Positions 25,725 through 38,496 are shown, counted from the first letter of the stretch. The stretch is DNA of 64,000 nucleotides from Octopus sinensis (GCF_006345805.1 NC_042998.1:170252001-170316000); one strand, 5' to 3'. The notes: generated by a model not told the origin, from the sequence alone. Numbers and translations are program-made.

Positions 25725-26945
25725 CAGGGGTCACCAAACCTTTTTCATAGTGGGTCAGATATAGCTAAAAGAATGCCAAGCACGGGTCAGATAAATATTT
25801 TGTTCGATTCAGTACAATATAAAATACACTGATTGTACACAAAAAATAAAGACAGTCATCCTGTTTATTTATCAATACATAAAATACACAAAATAATAAA
25901 AACAATAAGCATATTTTAATAATACCAAAATATTACCAATTTAGAATTTTTAGAATAAGTGTGCACATAGCTGATTTGCACAAAAAGTAAGCAGCACAAA
26001 AGTTAATGAGATTTGTGAAACTGGCATTTTGGTTTCAAAATATCATCAACATTTGCTTTATGATTGCTGTAGCCAACCATAAAAACTGCTTTCAAATGTT
26101 CATCAGTGAGCCTTGTTCAATGTATTGACTTCACACACTTCATTTTTGAAAAAGTTTACTCACAAACATAAGTTGTTCCAAAAACTGAAATTTTTTTCAA
26201 TTTTGAAAACTCATCAGAAGGCAAGCAGCGATAAAATTCTATGGGTTTTCCATCTCTGTGCTTCTCTTTCAACAAGGTATTAGCTTGCAAGTCAATAAGC
26301 TCCAGTTGTAGTTCAGGGATTCTCAAACAAAATAATTTCATCCCCAATTTTGTCAGGATCTGAAAATCTTTGAGAAAAATGCTTATTTAAGTCCTGAATA
26401 ATTTTTTTCTGAAACTCGAGGTTAACATGTTCCACATTTTCTGTGCAAAACTCTTGAAAACACTGAGAGAGAGGTTTCCTCCTTCAAGTTGTGCTTCAAA
26501 CAATGATAGCTTGCTCCGAAATGCTGTAATAATTCTGTAGAGATCACAGACAAGGTTATTCTTTCCTTGCAGTTTTAAATTCAATTCATTCATATGAGAA
26601 GTGACGTCAACTAAAAACGACAACCTTGATAACCATGAAGGATCTGACAGCTGTGGATCAGCTCAATTCTTTTCGGTGAGAAAAAGATCTATTTCTCTTC
26701 GGAGCTTATAAAAACGAAACAGGACTCTACTGCAACTGAGCCATCTCACTTCTGTGTAGTAAGGCAAGTCACAGAAATTAGAATCCATTTCTTCAAAGAA
26801 AGCCTGGAACTGTTGGTGATTAAGCCCATGATTCCAAATAAAGTTCACCACAGTTGTAACCTTAAACTTTTCAAACTGTTGTGTAAAGATATGGAATCTG
26901 AACATGACGCATTGGTTTTCACACAAACGTATGATGGCTATCAAA
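25725..26945 (-). mobile_element. hAT (Buster/SPIN, GTF2IRD2-like) transposon, 3' half
   Basis: TIR CAGGGGTCACCAAAC at 25725; transposase pieces YYTEVRWLSCSRVL, SFLVDVTSHMNELNLKLQG, ELIDLQ and SVFGTTYVCE. Confidence 0.85.
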
Positions 26946-27009
26946 GGGGAACATGCTTAGACAGCATTATGAACTATGAGAGGAAGTAGCAATATTTCTA
27001 GATTTGCAG

Positions 27010-27720
27010 CAGAAGGCAAATCTCCATGACAAATTACAGTCTGAAGGCTTTCGGCAATCTCTAGCTTACCTAGTGGACATCATCGAAGTGTTGAATGCTC
27101 TCGACCTTAAACTACAAGGGAAAAACATCAACATTTTCACACACTGTGACACCATTTGAACCTTCGTGGCCAAACTCGACCTTTGGAGATGTCGAATTCA
27201 GTAGGGAAATACAGCCAGTTTAAGTTACTTGGATTCTGCTCTCATTCACACTAAGTATTTCCTGTCTGATTACCAAGAATACAAACCCATGAAAAGCTGC
27301 GCATTTTTACAGCAAAAGAACATCAAATGAATTGTTTATCGCCTTTTCAGCAAGTCATGTACGAATTGTTAGAAAGCTTCAAAGAGTAAACATGAATAAC
27401 CAGAGTAGTCTACCTTGGATCGATAACCAGTATATCAGCGATCACTCCGAAGGATATGCTTTTGCAATCCAAGAACAAGAAATAACGAGAAAATACCTGA
27501 TTCACACAAAGGATAGGGCACTAAAATGTGAAAACCAATCCAGTCTGTCAAATTAGTGCTAAAAGTGAAGCCAACATCATAAGCTACTCTCCGTAAAATG
27601 TTAATCATGACGCTATCTACTTTTGAGAGGCAAAAATCACTATACAATGCAATTCGTTGCTTGGTAAATCCTGAACATAAAAAATATAATGAGAATGCAG
27701 TAATGTGGAAGGCAGCCACA
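27010..27720 (+). pseudogene. Second hAT (Buster/ZBED8-like) transposase fragment
   Basis: AYLVDIIEVLNALDLKLQGKNINI...FVAKLDLW; degraded. Confidence 0.65.
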
Positions 27721-28039
27721 TCTATAATAAAAAAAAGAAACTAGTAAAATGTTCCTGTCAAAACTTCCGTAAATAAACGTATACTCAGCAAAGCAGGGCT
27801 AATTATCTGGGACAGAGAAAAGAAAGCGTGCGCAGTAGTAGGAATCGGTTGTTCAACTAGCATTAACATAAATGATAAAATAAAAAGGAAAAGAAAGCAT
27901 TTGTGTCGGATAAACGAGAAACTGGACTATAACTTCAGATTTATACCTGCGGTTATTGGGGTAGATTGGTCATGTAATTAATCGTTACCGCACCAGCCTT
28001 GAAACGCTGGGTCTTCCAAGGCCGGCGGGACACCGCTAG
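27721..28039 (+). mobile_element. Non-autonomous Helitron
   Basis: A|TCTATAATAA 5' end; GC-rich ccggcgggacaccg followed by CTAG|T at the 3' end. Confidence 0.75.
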
Positions 28040-28635
28040 TTAAGAAATTACAATTACAAACTAATGATGAAATTGTGAAAATATGTAAAATATTTCTAGG
28101 GTGGCCTGGTGAAGATACACACATATACAGACATAATAACGTTTGTACTTGTAGACATACATATAAGCCAAAACATACAGATCCGCTACATTCAATGACA
28201 TGCTTACATGTATATTTCACGGTTGTGTTCCAGTATACGTGTATATATATATAGATAAAGCTGGTTTATATCGTATACGTAAGTTAATAGATAAAGCTGG
28301 TGTATATAGATAAAGCTGGTTTGTGTTCCAGTATACGTGTGTATGTAGATAAAGGAAGAAACAGAAAACCAGGAGGATTAGAAGCGATGCTTTATTCAAC
28401 CTATTAAAAAGCAAAGTTAATGGAATACATCTTGAAAGATACTGTCAGAAAATATACATAAGGTTTCTCATGCAGTTGGTGCATGGTGATGTATGCGATG
28501 TAGAAAATGAAAACAAATGCATGACATGGCTTCTGCTGGATGAAGAAACAGAGGTACGCGTTGAAGGCTACCTGAGACTGCCTACGAAACAAACTTTCTC
28601 TCTGCCGAGATCCGAAGTCGACCTCGGTAACCTAC

Positions 28636-28830
28636 CTCACTGAAGAAATAGCGAGAAAATTTCTCTTTGTGTAGCCGACGGTGGGTTCCAGCGAATAGCG
28701 CTCGGTTGGTCTATCATGTGATGGGATGAGGGCCAGCGTAAAGCTAGAAGGGCTAGATCAATGTATAACCCCTCGCGTGTCCAGATCATGTGACCACTCA
28801 TAGAAAACAAGCGTATGAAGTGATATGCAC
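28636..28830 (-). promoter_or_regulatory. Possible promoter / first exon
   Basis: Locally CpG-retaining, non-repetitive; two TCATGTGA E-boxes (28714, 28786); GAG|gtaggt donor at 28636. Confidence 0.3.
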
Positions 28831-29340
28831 TTATTTAAAGGGTAAATGTATACATGCATGCATAAATAATGCATGCATGCATACATACATACATACATAC
28901 ATTTTTTAGCCCGCCGTCACCTGCGAATGAGTATGGCTAGCTAACTACGATGTTTTTGCTAATTGCTTTAGGTGACTATGTAGTCGGGAGCAGACACAGA
29001 AACCCTCTCGACTATCCCTTTAATCCAGCGATGCAGCCAGGATATGACAGCTGGAGGGAGAAAGAGCACTCAAGTGATGCTCATTTTCAGCTGAGTAGAC
29101 TAGAACAACGTGAAATGAATTGTTTTGCTCAAGGACACAACGGTGGTAGCGTCAGCGTCTGTTGTTTTGATGCGAAGGAATTGTATTCTAGCTTCTGAAG
29201 GCATTGTATTCTATGCGCCAGTATATACTTGTTGCTGAAGTGTGATGCAGACCAGCTGATATAAAAGTTGTCACTATTGTAATCCTTCAAGTAGTTTTTA
29301 TGGCTTCGAAATGCATTGTTTCTCTTGTCTGCATATTTTA

Positions 29341-31625
29341 ATAATAATAAAAACATTGTGTACAGTGCTTAGGTGCACTACAACTCATCTAAAGTGTATG
29401 TATAATCAGGTGTAGTTTCGGCGGATTTCGGAAAGCATGAGGGCCTTAAAGGATGCAGTGTCATGGCAGTCAACAACTGACGCAGGCAGTTTGTTCCATG
29501 CTTCAGCAACTCTGAGCGTGAAAAAATGTTTCCGAAAGTCATGGGAGCTGTGTTGTTTTCTGACTTTGTAGGCATGTCCACGTGTGTTAGACACATGAAG
29601 ATCAAAAAGGTGTTCAGTGTTGTTGTTGGTGAGGTGGTTGATAACTTTGTGGGTGTTTACCAAGTCCATCGCCAGACGCCGGAGCTTCAGTGAATCCATG
29701 CCCAGGGAAACAAGGCGCTCAGAGTATGGTAGGTGTCTGAAGGAGGGTATGCGTTTGGTTGCACGTCTCTGAACAGATTCCACGAGGTCAATGTCCTGAG
29801 CAAGATAGGGGTTCCAAACTGATGATGCGAATTCCAAGTGTGGTCGTACCATAGCTGTATACAGTTTTAAATAGATGGCTGGAGAGCGGCTAACAAAAGT
29901 CTTGCTGAGTGATGCCAAGACACCCTCGGCCTTCTTGACAATTTTAGAGATATGCTTTGTCCAACGCAAATCGCTGCTGACAGTGATGCCTAGGTCACGC
30001 TCGCAAGAGGATTTCTTGATATCAGTGTTGTGGAGGGAGTATGTGGACGCAGGGTTTTTTCTCCCAAAATGCATGGTGGTACATTTGTCCACAGCCAGTT
30101 TCAGTTGCCAGTCTGTGATCCATTGCTGCATTGTGTCCAGGTCTGATTGCAGGAAAGAGCTGTAGACAACAAGATCTGTCCTCTTGATTTCAAGGTACAG
30201 CTTGATGTCGTCTGCATATTTCAATACTGTGGCATTCTTTAAATTGGCATCTATGTCATTAATGTATGCCACAAACAAGAGGGGACCAAGGACAGATCCC
30301 TGTGGTACACCCGATGACATCTCATATGGTGTAGAATGCTGTCCTAGAACTGTGACTACCTCCTTTCGGCTGAGAATGAAGGATTTCAACCAGTTAAAAA
30401 GATCATCCCTCACACCCATTGCAGAGAGTTTCACCATAAGCCTTTTGTGTGGCACAGAGTTGAAAGCCTTAGCAAAGTCAAGGTAGACAACATCCACCCA
30501 TGAGCCACTGTCAGTGATCTGAGAAATGTCCTCAAGGAACCCGACAAGCTGATCACTGCAGCTGGAGTTGAGGACAAATCCATATTGTGAGGGTCGGATG
30601 AGACTGTGAGAGCTCCAGAAGTTCCAAAGTGTTTCTCTGACACACGATTCCATCAGTTTTGCAATACAGCTAGTGAGACTGACTGGGCGATAGTTGACAG
30701 GTGATGTGCGGTCGCCCTTTTTGAACAGAGGAATGACACTGGCAGTTTTCCATTGTTGAGACAGTACTGGAAAAAAATAGAAAGCTGGTGTAAAAGGAAG
30801 TACCTGCCACGTTTGAGAAGCAGGTATGTAACTCCATCAAGACCAGGGGAGGCATAGTTGCGCTTATTTTGAAGGTGACGTTGCAGCATTGCAGGTGTAA
30901 ATTCCATAGTTGTTATGGAATTTGCTGTTAGAGATGGTGAAGATGGTACATTTTGACTTTCAACAGTGAAAATGTTTGCATAGCACTCGGCAATGAGTTC
31001 TGCGCATTCCTTGGGATCGTCAGTGATCTGGTTTGTGTGAGGGTTGCGAAGAGGGCCCACTGGAGAGTGAGGTCTCTGCTTCGAATGCACATATTTCCAG
31101 AAAACCTTGCTGTCAGGATTGGCTGCTATGCACTGTTCAAATTCAAGCACTGCTTTTTTTGTCACTTGCTTGAGATGGTTGGAAGATTTATTCCGCTTTT
31201 TCCTGTTGGTGTCTGATTTATGCAACTTGTATTCCCGTTCAGCAGTCCGACGTTCCTTCCTGGCAAGTCGGACCGCTGAAGTTTCCCAAATTGCACTTTT
31301 GGGGCGGTTCTTCTTTTTCTGTTTACGTGGCACTGATGCTACACATGCTGCCCATATGAGTCAGGATACTCTGGAGTATAGTATTCACATCTCCAGAGTT
31401 GTAGAATTCATGCCAGTTTGGGTGCTGTAATTCAGTGTGGTACAGGTTCCAATCTGCTCTCTTCCAATCGAAGGAAGCAGATTGGAGATGGTTCAGGTTT
31501 TTGTTGTTGCCCGCAAGAGCCAGATTGGCGATGATCATAGCATGATCAGAGTCGCCTAGAGGTTCCTGCGTAGTACAATTGATAACCGCTTCAGGAGTTG
31601 TGGTGAAGAGCAGGTCCAGCAGCAG
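29341..31625 (-). mobile_element. CR1-clade LINE, 5'-truncated, RT nearly intact
   Basis: End of APE (LDLLF...LGDSDH); SPGLDG; 415-aa ORF with VYLDFAKAFNSVPH, SGVPQGSVLGPLLF, KYADD and ERDLGI; 3' stem-loop AGTGC-N6-GCACT and (TTA)n-like tail; two frameshifts. Confidence 0.95.
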
Positions 31626-34349
31626 AAATAAGCAGAAGCAACATCAATTTAAATTACAAATAATTTAGTAAAATACGAAATAAAGTTATTCAGAAACCAT
31701 GAAAAAAATTACTGTGTTTTGTCTATTTATTTACTTTGCTTAAATTAAATACGAACTTTCAACAGATAAAGAAGGGAAGAGAGCAGTGAATGGGAGAACC
31801 AGTAGAGTGCCGGACAAGATGCCTTGCGGTATTTGTTACAGCCCTTTACATTCTGGGTTTGAATCCTGCTGAGTTCAACTTTGTCTTTCATCCCTCCGGG
31901 ATAGGTAAGGTGCCAGTCAAGAACTGGGGTAGATTTGATCGACTAATACCCTCTACTATCTCCCAAATTGTTGACCTTGTATCTACATCAGAAACAATTA
32001 TTTTAAACAGGTCCGTTATGTCCTAAATTGAAATTCTCATCGAGGTCGACTTTACATTTTGTTCTTCCTGGGCCGATAAAACAAATATCAGTCAAGGTCT
32101 TGGAGTGATTTAATCAAGGTAAGGCCTTGAAGTGGCAGAAACAGTGGCATGTGGGATTATATACACCTTGGTTAATTCAGTCGCCTCTGTCCTTTCTCTA
32201 CAAACGTATGGCCCTCATTTGTTATTTTTAAGGGTTAAACAGAAGTGAAGAGGCAACTCCAATTACCTTTTACAGGGCCTCTAGATTGATGAGAGAGGGG
32301 AAGGCAGTTCAGGAATCTTGTTGAAATGCTAATCATCAACAGTTAATTTCAAGATTTATTCAAAACTCAATAAAATCTAATTTGATCCAACAAAATACTT
32401 AATTTGATTTCTGAAAATATAATTTTGATGAACCTGGTCCAACGATGCTAGATTCTTAATATTTGACGGTCATTTAGCAATAAATAATTTTAGTTGTCAC
32501 GTTAGAACCCAACAACTGTTGGAACTTCTTTAGGGTTCATCTGCCTGCTGGAAATGATGGCCAAATCTCTTGTATCACATCCTACTGTCTTCAGATTAAA
32601 AAAAGGGGGAGATACATTGGTTTGTGCAGTGTTGTCATTTGAATCACACCATATAACTGGCGTTTATCTTATCAACACTGGAGGGGGTGATGGGAGAGGT
32701 TGGTTCCAGTGAGATTCAAACAAAATATAATAATATATAAGTACAGTCTTCTAATAATTAAAGCGTAGTCTGGGATGCGTCAGAATAAAAGAAGGGATGA
32801 TCAGAATCGAACTGCAGTCTGAGCAACAACAAAAAACGAACAAAACAATAAGCATTATTGTTCGATGTAATTTTGTCGTATGACATCAGATAAGCCATGT
32901 TTGAGAAAGTCTTCCTGATATGACCATTCCATCTGTTTAGAAGAGTCTAGCTCTCTATTATCCAATGTTTTATTACTTTGTTTAAGATGGTAGGGTTTGA
33001 GTTGATTGAGATTTAGTTGCTATTTCTAACAGCTCGCGTGACCATGACCACACAAGTTTCTCCCTCGCTCTATTAGTCGCATATTCTGACCGATTGACAG
33101 ACAGACTGATAGATAATTAATGTATGGACAGTGCATAATCATATTTCTTCCTATAAATATGAACGCTTGTAGGTGTGGTGCATATGAGGCAGGATGTTTG
33201 TTTCTATGTGTTTCTTTACAGGAAATCACCCGAAGCAATATCTGTAGGCCACTTCTAGATAAACAATAAAGAGGGGAAGAGAATGGTGTTAATGTCACAA
33301 AAACTTTATACATATAAATTTAATTTAGCAGATAAAAGACGGTGATAAAATAATTGCTAAATGATTTAAATGGTATGCAATGAGATGGTAATAAGAAAAA
33401 AGCTAATAAAAGAATAACTGACAATAAAATAAGGTAACTGAAATTACAATAAAGGAGCTGATAAAAGGAAATAAAATGAGACGGTGACAAAAGAAGAGAT
33501 GAAAATATTGAAATGAAGGAAGCCTCCAAAATCTGTCACTCTGTTTTAAAACTGTGAAGGTCATATTCTACCCGAAAACAATGAAAAGAGGGTTTACTCT
33601 ATAATCCCATTGTTCTTAAGAACGTGGTTTGTGCATGGAGCTTGCAGTATGTTCGTGTATATATGAGCAACGCGTATGTATGAGTGATATATACTGTGCA
33701 TGCACTTGTGGTTATCATTGCTATCTTTATTTGATATTTGACGTATAGTTGCTTTCTGTCCCTTCTTCTGTATGGCTGCAATAAGTTGTAGTACACCTGA
33801 GCACTGAATATAAAATCACTGATTAGCGAATTCGTTTTACATGATTTCGATTTGTACGTAGTCCTGAGGACAATCAGTTGTGCAGACCAAGGGACAACTG
33901 CACGCACGCACGCATGCACGCATACAAGCACACACACTTTTATTACATTTTCTGAAGTTCAGAAATTTATAACTCAAGGGAGATAATTCAATACAGTTAT
34001 TTCCCTTGCATTAAAACTTTCCGCTTCAGTCCTACAAATCCAGTGATTCTTAAGATTATATAAACAGGGCTTGATTTTGAAGTATTTTATGTGCTATTCA
34101 ACCGATTCTGTGAAGCTCAATAATAAAGACAATTATTTGTAACTTAGACAAATGAGCAGAGACGGGAATATATTCAACTATATACCTATTTAGAAAAATG
34201 AATAGCAGTGAATGACTGTAGGATTCGAACATAAAACGAATACAACAAGAATATCCACAGACTGACAATACATCGCCGTCAGTGCATTTGTAAATTATCA
34301 TTTTTGTCAGCAGTCGTATTAGTATTGCTTTCAAACTTTGGCACAAGGC

Positions 34350-34530
34350 CTGCAAGTTCGGGGTAAGTCGATTACATCGATCTCAGTACACAACTTGTAC
34401 TTATTTTATCGACCCCGAAAGAATAAATAGGAAAGTTGGCCTCGGCGAAATTTGAATTCAGAACGTAAAGACAGACTAAAGGACGCTAAGCATTTTATCC
34501 GACGTGATAACGATTCTGCCAGCTTGCCGC
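34350..34530 (-). mobile_element. tRNA-derived SINE, family 2
   Basis: Match to 56938-57170. Confidence 0.75.
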
Positions 34531-34776
34531 CCAAGTCCGTATTAATATTGGCAGTACATATAGTACAAAATAAAACCATAGCAGCCACTCGCAAGTTTGA
34601 TAGTTCGTACATTTTGGTTTTCTCACTCACATTAAAAAATTGTCACTAAAAAAATGAGTCTAAATGGCGACAAAGGATTGGATTAAAAGAGTTAGATCCT
34701 TTTGATTCAATACTTCAACACATTGCTACCGTTTGGCCTCCTCAATAGGCATGGTACGATTTGTTATAAAAATGTT

Positions 34777-34838
34777 CGCAGTGGAAGCATGCTGGGCCCA
34801 TAACCCAGAGGTCCGTAGATCGGAACTACGCTCTGCTA
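34777..34838 (+). pseudogene. Initiator tRNA-Met pseudogene lacking positions 1-10
   Basis: CGCAGTGGAAGCATGCTGGGCCCATAACCCAGAGGTCCGTAGATCGGAACTACGCTCTGCTA; anticodon CAT; three G-C pairs in the anticodon stem; A at T-loop position 54; 5' acceptor strand missing. Confidence 0.85.
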
Positions 34839-34846
34839 AGCGATGT

Positions 34847-34849
<3 letters not shown>

Positions 34850-34884
<35 letters not shown>

Positions 34885-34945
34885 TGTGTACAGTGCTCAG
34901 GTGCACTACAACTCATCTAAAGTGTATATATAATCAGGTGTAGTT
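34850..34945 (-). mobile_element. CR1 3' tail fragment
   Basis: Near-identical to 29341-29420; related tails at ~33784 and ~42603. Confidence 0.85.
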
Positions 34946-35137
34946 TAGGCCTTGTGTAACTAATAAAATAATTAATATTTCCCTCATACTAACACTCTTT
35001 GCACCCTTCTCATTTCATCAAGTAAAATCTTTGTAGAGCTAGTTGAGGGAGGAGGAGGGTATAGTAGCTATAGCAGACTGACATGTACTGATAGACTAAA
35101 ACGTCAGTCTTATCAAATCAATTTTATTAATGTGTGT

Positions 35138-35171
<34 letters not shown>

Positions 35172-35668
35172 TGTATGCATGTGTTTATCTGTGTGTGTAT
35201 GTGTGTATATGTATGGGCATCTATGCATGTGTGTATGTGTGTGAATATGTGTATGTATGTGTCGGTGTGTATCTGTGTGCGTGTACATATGCACGTATCC
35301 AGGTACGTGAGTATGTTTGTGTGTATGTATATAAGTGTGTGTATGTATATAAGTGTGTGTATGTGTGTGTGTGTATATGTGGATGTGTGTGTATATATAT
35401 GTGTATCTGTGTGTGTTTGTGTGCATGGATACATGTGTGTTTGTGTGTGTGTGCGTATGCATCGGCGCATTTATGATTGTGTCGGGAATTCCCCGTAATC
35501 AAAAATAGCCCATTTTCCCAGAAATTCTTATGCTCTGACCTATTTCCACGTATTAAAGAGTTAAAAGGCTAAATCGCTATAATCGCTGTCTCATGTGTAT
35601 GTAGTGTGTGTGTGTATGTGCGTGTGTGCGTGGTGTGCGCGTGTTTGTGTGCATGCTATGTGTGATTG

Positions 35669-35713
<45 letters not shown>

Positions 35714-35923
35714 TATATATTTATTTATTTTATAGAAGGAGCGTCTACAGGACTAGAACTGTTTCATACAAATGAAATCATCAGGAAGCTTCCTGATGAT
35801 TTCATTTGAATGAAACAGTTCTAGTCCTGTAGAAGCTCCTTCTATAAAATAATGATTTACTCGCTATGTATTGAGTACCTTATTTACTGTGGTTAACCCC
35901 GATCAACCCGGAACCTACATATT

Positions 35924-35971
<48 letters not shown>

Positions 35972-36926
35972 TATATATAATATATATATATATAGATGTA
36001 GTCCCGGGTTGAGTCGGGGTTAACCACAGTAAATAAGGTACTCAATACATCAGCAGAGTAAATTCATTTATTTTATAGAAGGAGCTTCTAAGGACTAGAA
36101 CTGTTTCATTTGTATGAAACAGTTCTAGTCCGGTAGAAGCTCCTTCTATAAAATAAATAAATATATATATATATTATATATATATATAATATATATACAT
36201 ACAATCACACATACGCATGCACACAAACACGCGCACTCACGCACACACGCACATACACACACACACTACATACACATGAGACAGCGAATTATAGCGATTT
36301 GCGCTTTAACTCTTTAATACGTGGAAATAGGTCAGAGCATAAGAATTTCTGGGAAAATGGGCTATTTTTGATTACGGGGAATTCCCGACACAATCATAAA
36401 TGCGCCGATGCATACGCACACACACACAAACACACATGTATCCATGCACACAAACACACACAGATACACATATATATACACACACATCCACATATACACA
36501 CACACACATACCACACTTATATACAACACACACTTATATACATACACACAAACATACTCACGTACCTGGATACGTGCATATGTACACGCACACAGATACA
36601 CACCGACACATACATACACATATTCACACACATACACACATGCATAGATGCCCATACATATACACACATATACACACAGATAACACATGCATACACACAC
36701 ACACACACACACCACAACACACACACACCCACACACACCATTAATAAAATTGATTTGATAAGACTGACGTTTTAGTCTATCAGTACATGTCAGTCTGCTA
36801 TAGCTACTATACCCTCCTCCTCCCTCAACTAGCTCTACAAAGATTTTACTTGATGAAATGAGAAGGGTGCAAAGAGTGTTAGTATGAGGGAAATATTAAT
36901 TATTTTATTAGTTACACAAGGCCTAA
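34945..36926. repeat. ~2-kb palindrome centred on (TA)n
   Basis: Arms of ~1 kb are reverse complements with many small indels. Confidence 0.9.
35787..35837 (+). ncRNA. Candidate type-I hammerhead ribozyme (family A)
   Basis: AGCTTC-CTGATGA-T(TTCA-TT-TGAA)T-GAAA-CAG-TTCTAGTC-CTG-TA-GAAGCT; stems I and III perfect; GUA cleavage; mirrored copy at 35740-35790 on the minus strand. Confidence 0.7.
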
Positions 36927-37061
36927 TACGGAGTGGACAATACATGGTGGAGACAGAAAAAAGACGGATGGAAAGGATTAATTTGATAAAATGATAAATG
37001 AAATGAAGCCGTTCGGCCCCACCTCCGAGTGACTTCATTGAATCTGTTAAATACAACCTTT

Positions 37062-37535
37062 GGATCTTTACCTTTTGACCGACAGACTTAAAAAATAATT
37101 TTTTGTAACTAAACACTTTCAAACTTCGGACACTGGTACAATGTGTCGTATAAAACAGCTTTTGCTCTTAGCGCTTTTGAGAAAAACTGATACTTACGAA
37201 GTAATTTCACGTCAAAGTAGTCCTATTTCGGTAATTTCAACCAATCAATGACGTGTATTCAGCTGAATAAAATTACTGCTTGTTGTTTGTCAACAACAGC
37301 TATCGGCGGTGTATTTTTCGTTTGTCACTGTTATTTATGACATCGTTCGTGCGTTTGTACTGGTTTTAGCTTTCAGGTTTTAGGGTTTGAGTAAGGGTTT
37401 GGGGTTAGGGTTAGGGTTTTAGGTTTAGGGTTAGGGTTTTAGGGTTGGGGTTTTAGGGTAAAGGTTAGGGTTAGGGTTGAGGTTTTAGGGTTAGGGTTAT
37501 CATAAATAACAGTGACAAACGAAATATACACCGCC
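37062..37535. mobile_element. GGATCTTT-type transposon remnant with an internal TTAGGG-like array
   Basis: Terminus ggatctttaccttttgacc; array at 37370-37499 flanked by 36-bp inverted repeats. Confidence 0.6.
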
Positions 37536-38089
37536 ACCTGTAATTCACAAGGGCCAGCCTTGCATATGTATAAAACGCAGTGTTCTGTCAGTGGTGAAAG
37601 AAAATTAAAACAATAAACAGAGTGGTTGTGTGTGACTGTCAGAGACACTAAAAGCAGGTGAATATTAGTGACAGGTTTTGCTTTGAAATCGTTGTGCAAA
37701 TTTTTATCGTAAATCATGTTTACTTCAACAGTTTCACTCACATACATACATATAGTTAAATGTATATTACAGTCTTTTATTTTTAAAATACTGCTCTAAT
37801 AGCATTTGTAAATACACACACGCGCACGCATGCACACACACACACACACACACACACATACATACATACATACATACATACATACATACATACATACATA
37901 CATACATACATACATACATCATACACGTACCAAAGTATGTTGTAATACGAAGCGAAATTAAAAAACAGGAGCCAGGGTGGAGTTGCAATGTACATCTAAG
38001 ATTTCATATTCCAGATCCTTTTGTTAATCACAAACTCGGTGTTTCACACACTAAATGTACATATAAGACAATTTGATATAGTTATATGT

Positions 38090-38496
38090 ACTACTTATCG
38101 TCCACCAGATGCTCGAAATTATACGGGATTATTCGAAGACTGTCTTGTATGAATAGGAGTCTTAACCAAATTAGAACAACACATCAGTGTACTTCTAATG
38201 GGAGGTTTCAATCTACCCAACGTAGGGTGGCCTGAAAGTCTTTTTTTTCCCTCAGGAATGACACAATACTCTCTTTTACTCTTTTATTTGTTTCAGTCAT
38301 TTTGACTGCGGCCATGCTGGAGCACCGCCTTTAATCGAGCAACTCGATCCCGCGACTTATTCTTTTGTAAGCCCAGTACTTATTCTATGGGTCTCTTTTG
38401 CCGAACCGCTAAGTGACGGGGACATAAACACACCAGCATCGGTTGTCAAGCAATGCTAGGGGGACAAACACAGGCACACAAACATATACACACACT

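Noticed and set aside
35096-36775. HTHT/CVCV/YIYI ORFs here and at 11.1, 15.0, 44-46.7 and 50.1 kb
   Set aside because: Translations of CA/TG/TA microsatellites.
37370-37499. True telomere or chromosome fusion site
   Set aside because: Short, degenerate, internal to a TIR element, with no head-to-head junction.
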